Source: Zetaproteobacteria bacterium
GTDB lineage: Bacteria; Pseudomonadota; Zetaproteobacteria; Mariprofundales; Mariprofundaceae
Direction of reading: 5' to 3'
Assembly: GCA_021545645.1 (NCBI GenBank)
Contig: JAJRWP010000108.1
Coordinates: forward strand, 1 to 40,266
DNA length: 40,266 nucleotides
Under the pieces are notes generated by a model. The model had not been told where the DNA came from. It made no database searches and saw only the letters and a program-made list of their open reading frames with translations. Of this stretch, positions 40,184 through 40,266 are shown piece by piece. The translations under genes and the position numbers were made by a program. The first letter of the stretch is position 1; each line of letters opens with the position of its first letter.

Positions 40184-40266
40184 ATGCGACGTATTGTTTT
40201 TTCACTCTTCACACTCTTTGTTTTGCTCTCACAAATACCGCCAGCCTCACAAGCTGCGGAATTTGA
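40184..40266 (+). CDS. start of a secreted protein (5' fragment only)
   Basis: ATG 40184. MRRIVFSLFTLFVLLSQIPPASQAAEF looks like a Sec signal peptide with an A-x-A cleavage site. Runs off the window. Confidence 0.35.
   Translation, partial: MRRIVFSLFTLFVLLSQIPPASQAAEF

Overview
This is a chromosomal window of about 55% GC, judged from hand counts of sample lines. The gene order is typical of beta/gamma-type proteobacteria. Most of it is tightly packed housekeeping operons, many joined by ATGA or GTGA start/stop overlaps. Minus strand: DUF2062(partial)-metG-holB-tmk-mltG-pabC, then pncC-like/pgpA/thiL/nusB/ribH/ribBA/ribE. Plus strand: ilvA, and a LysR regulator divergent from leuCD. Envelope lipoproteins, rlmN and fdxA follow. 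Minus strand again: prfC-pldA-purA-hisZ-serA-classV aminotransferase. Then mfd-serB (plus), OmpA/DUF481 envelope genes, a divergent HPP-CBS / NnrS pair, and a DUF455 gene. I saw no rRNA, tRNA, CRISPR array, transposase or integrase by eye.

Two short AT-rich islets (about 37-40% GC on sampled lines) interrupt this backbone.
- Islet 1 (about 19440-20800) holds two convergent orphan ORFs. One carries an RNxxxH (HEPN-like) motif.
- Islet 2 (about 37116-39337) holds an RHH-PIN toxin-antitoxin operon and an uncharacterised tightly coupled two-gene operon (acidic 171 aa, basic 53 aa).

A roughly 200-bp structured repeat occurs three times, always in plus orientation just 3' of a plus-strand ORF. Two copies directly bracket the TA cassette and one lies in islet 1. 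Its long hairpin is preserved through compensatory and G.U-compatible substitutions, which suggests a plus-strand RNA element. That repeat and the islet cargo are the best candidates for something undescribed.

Other points worth checking are an untracked 87-codon ORF that exactly bridges the mltG stop and the tmk start, and an unrecognisable 185-aa N-terminal domain fused to a PncC/CinA domain. All homology statements rest on motif recognition from memory. No database search was run.
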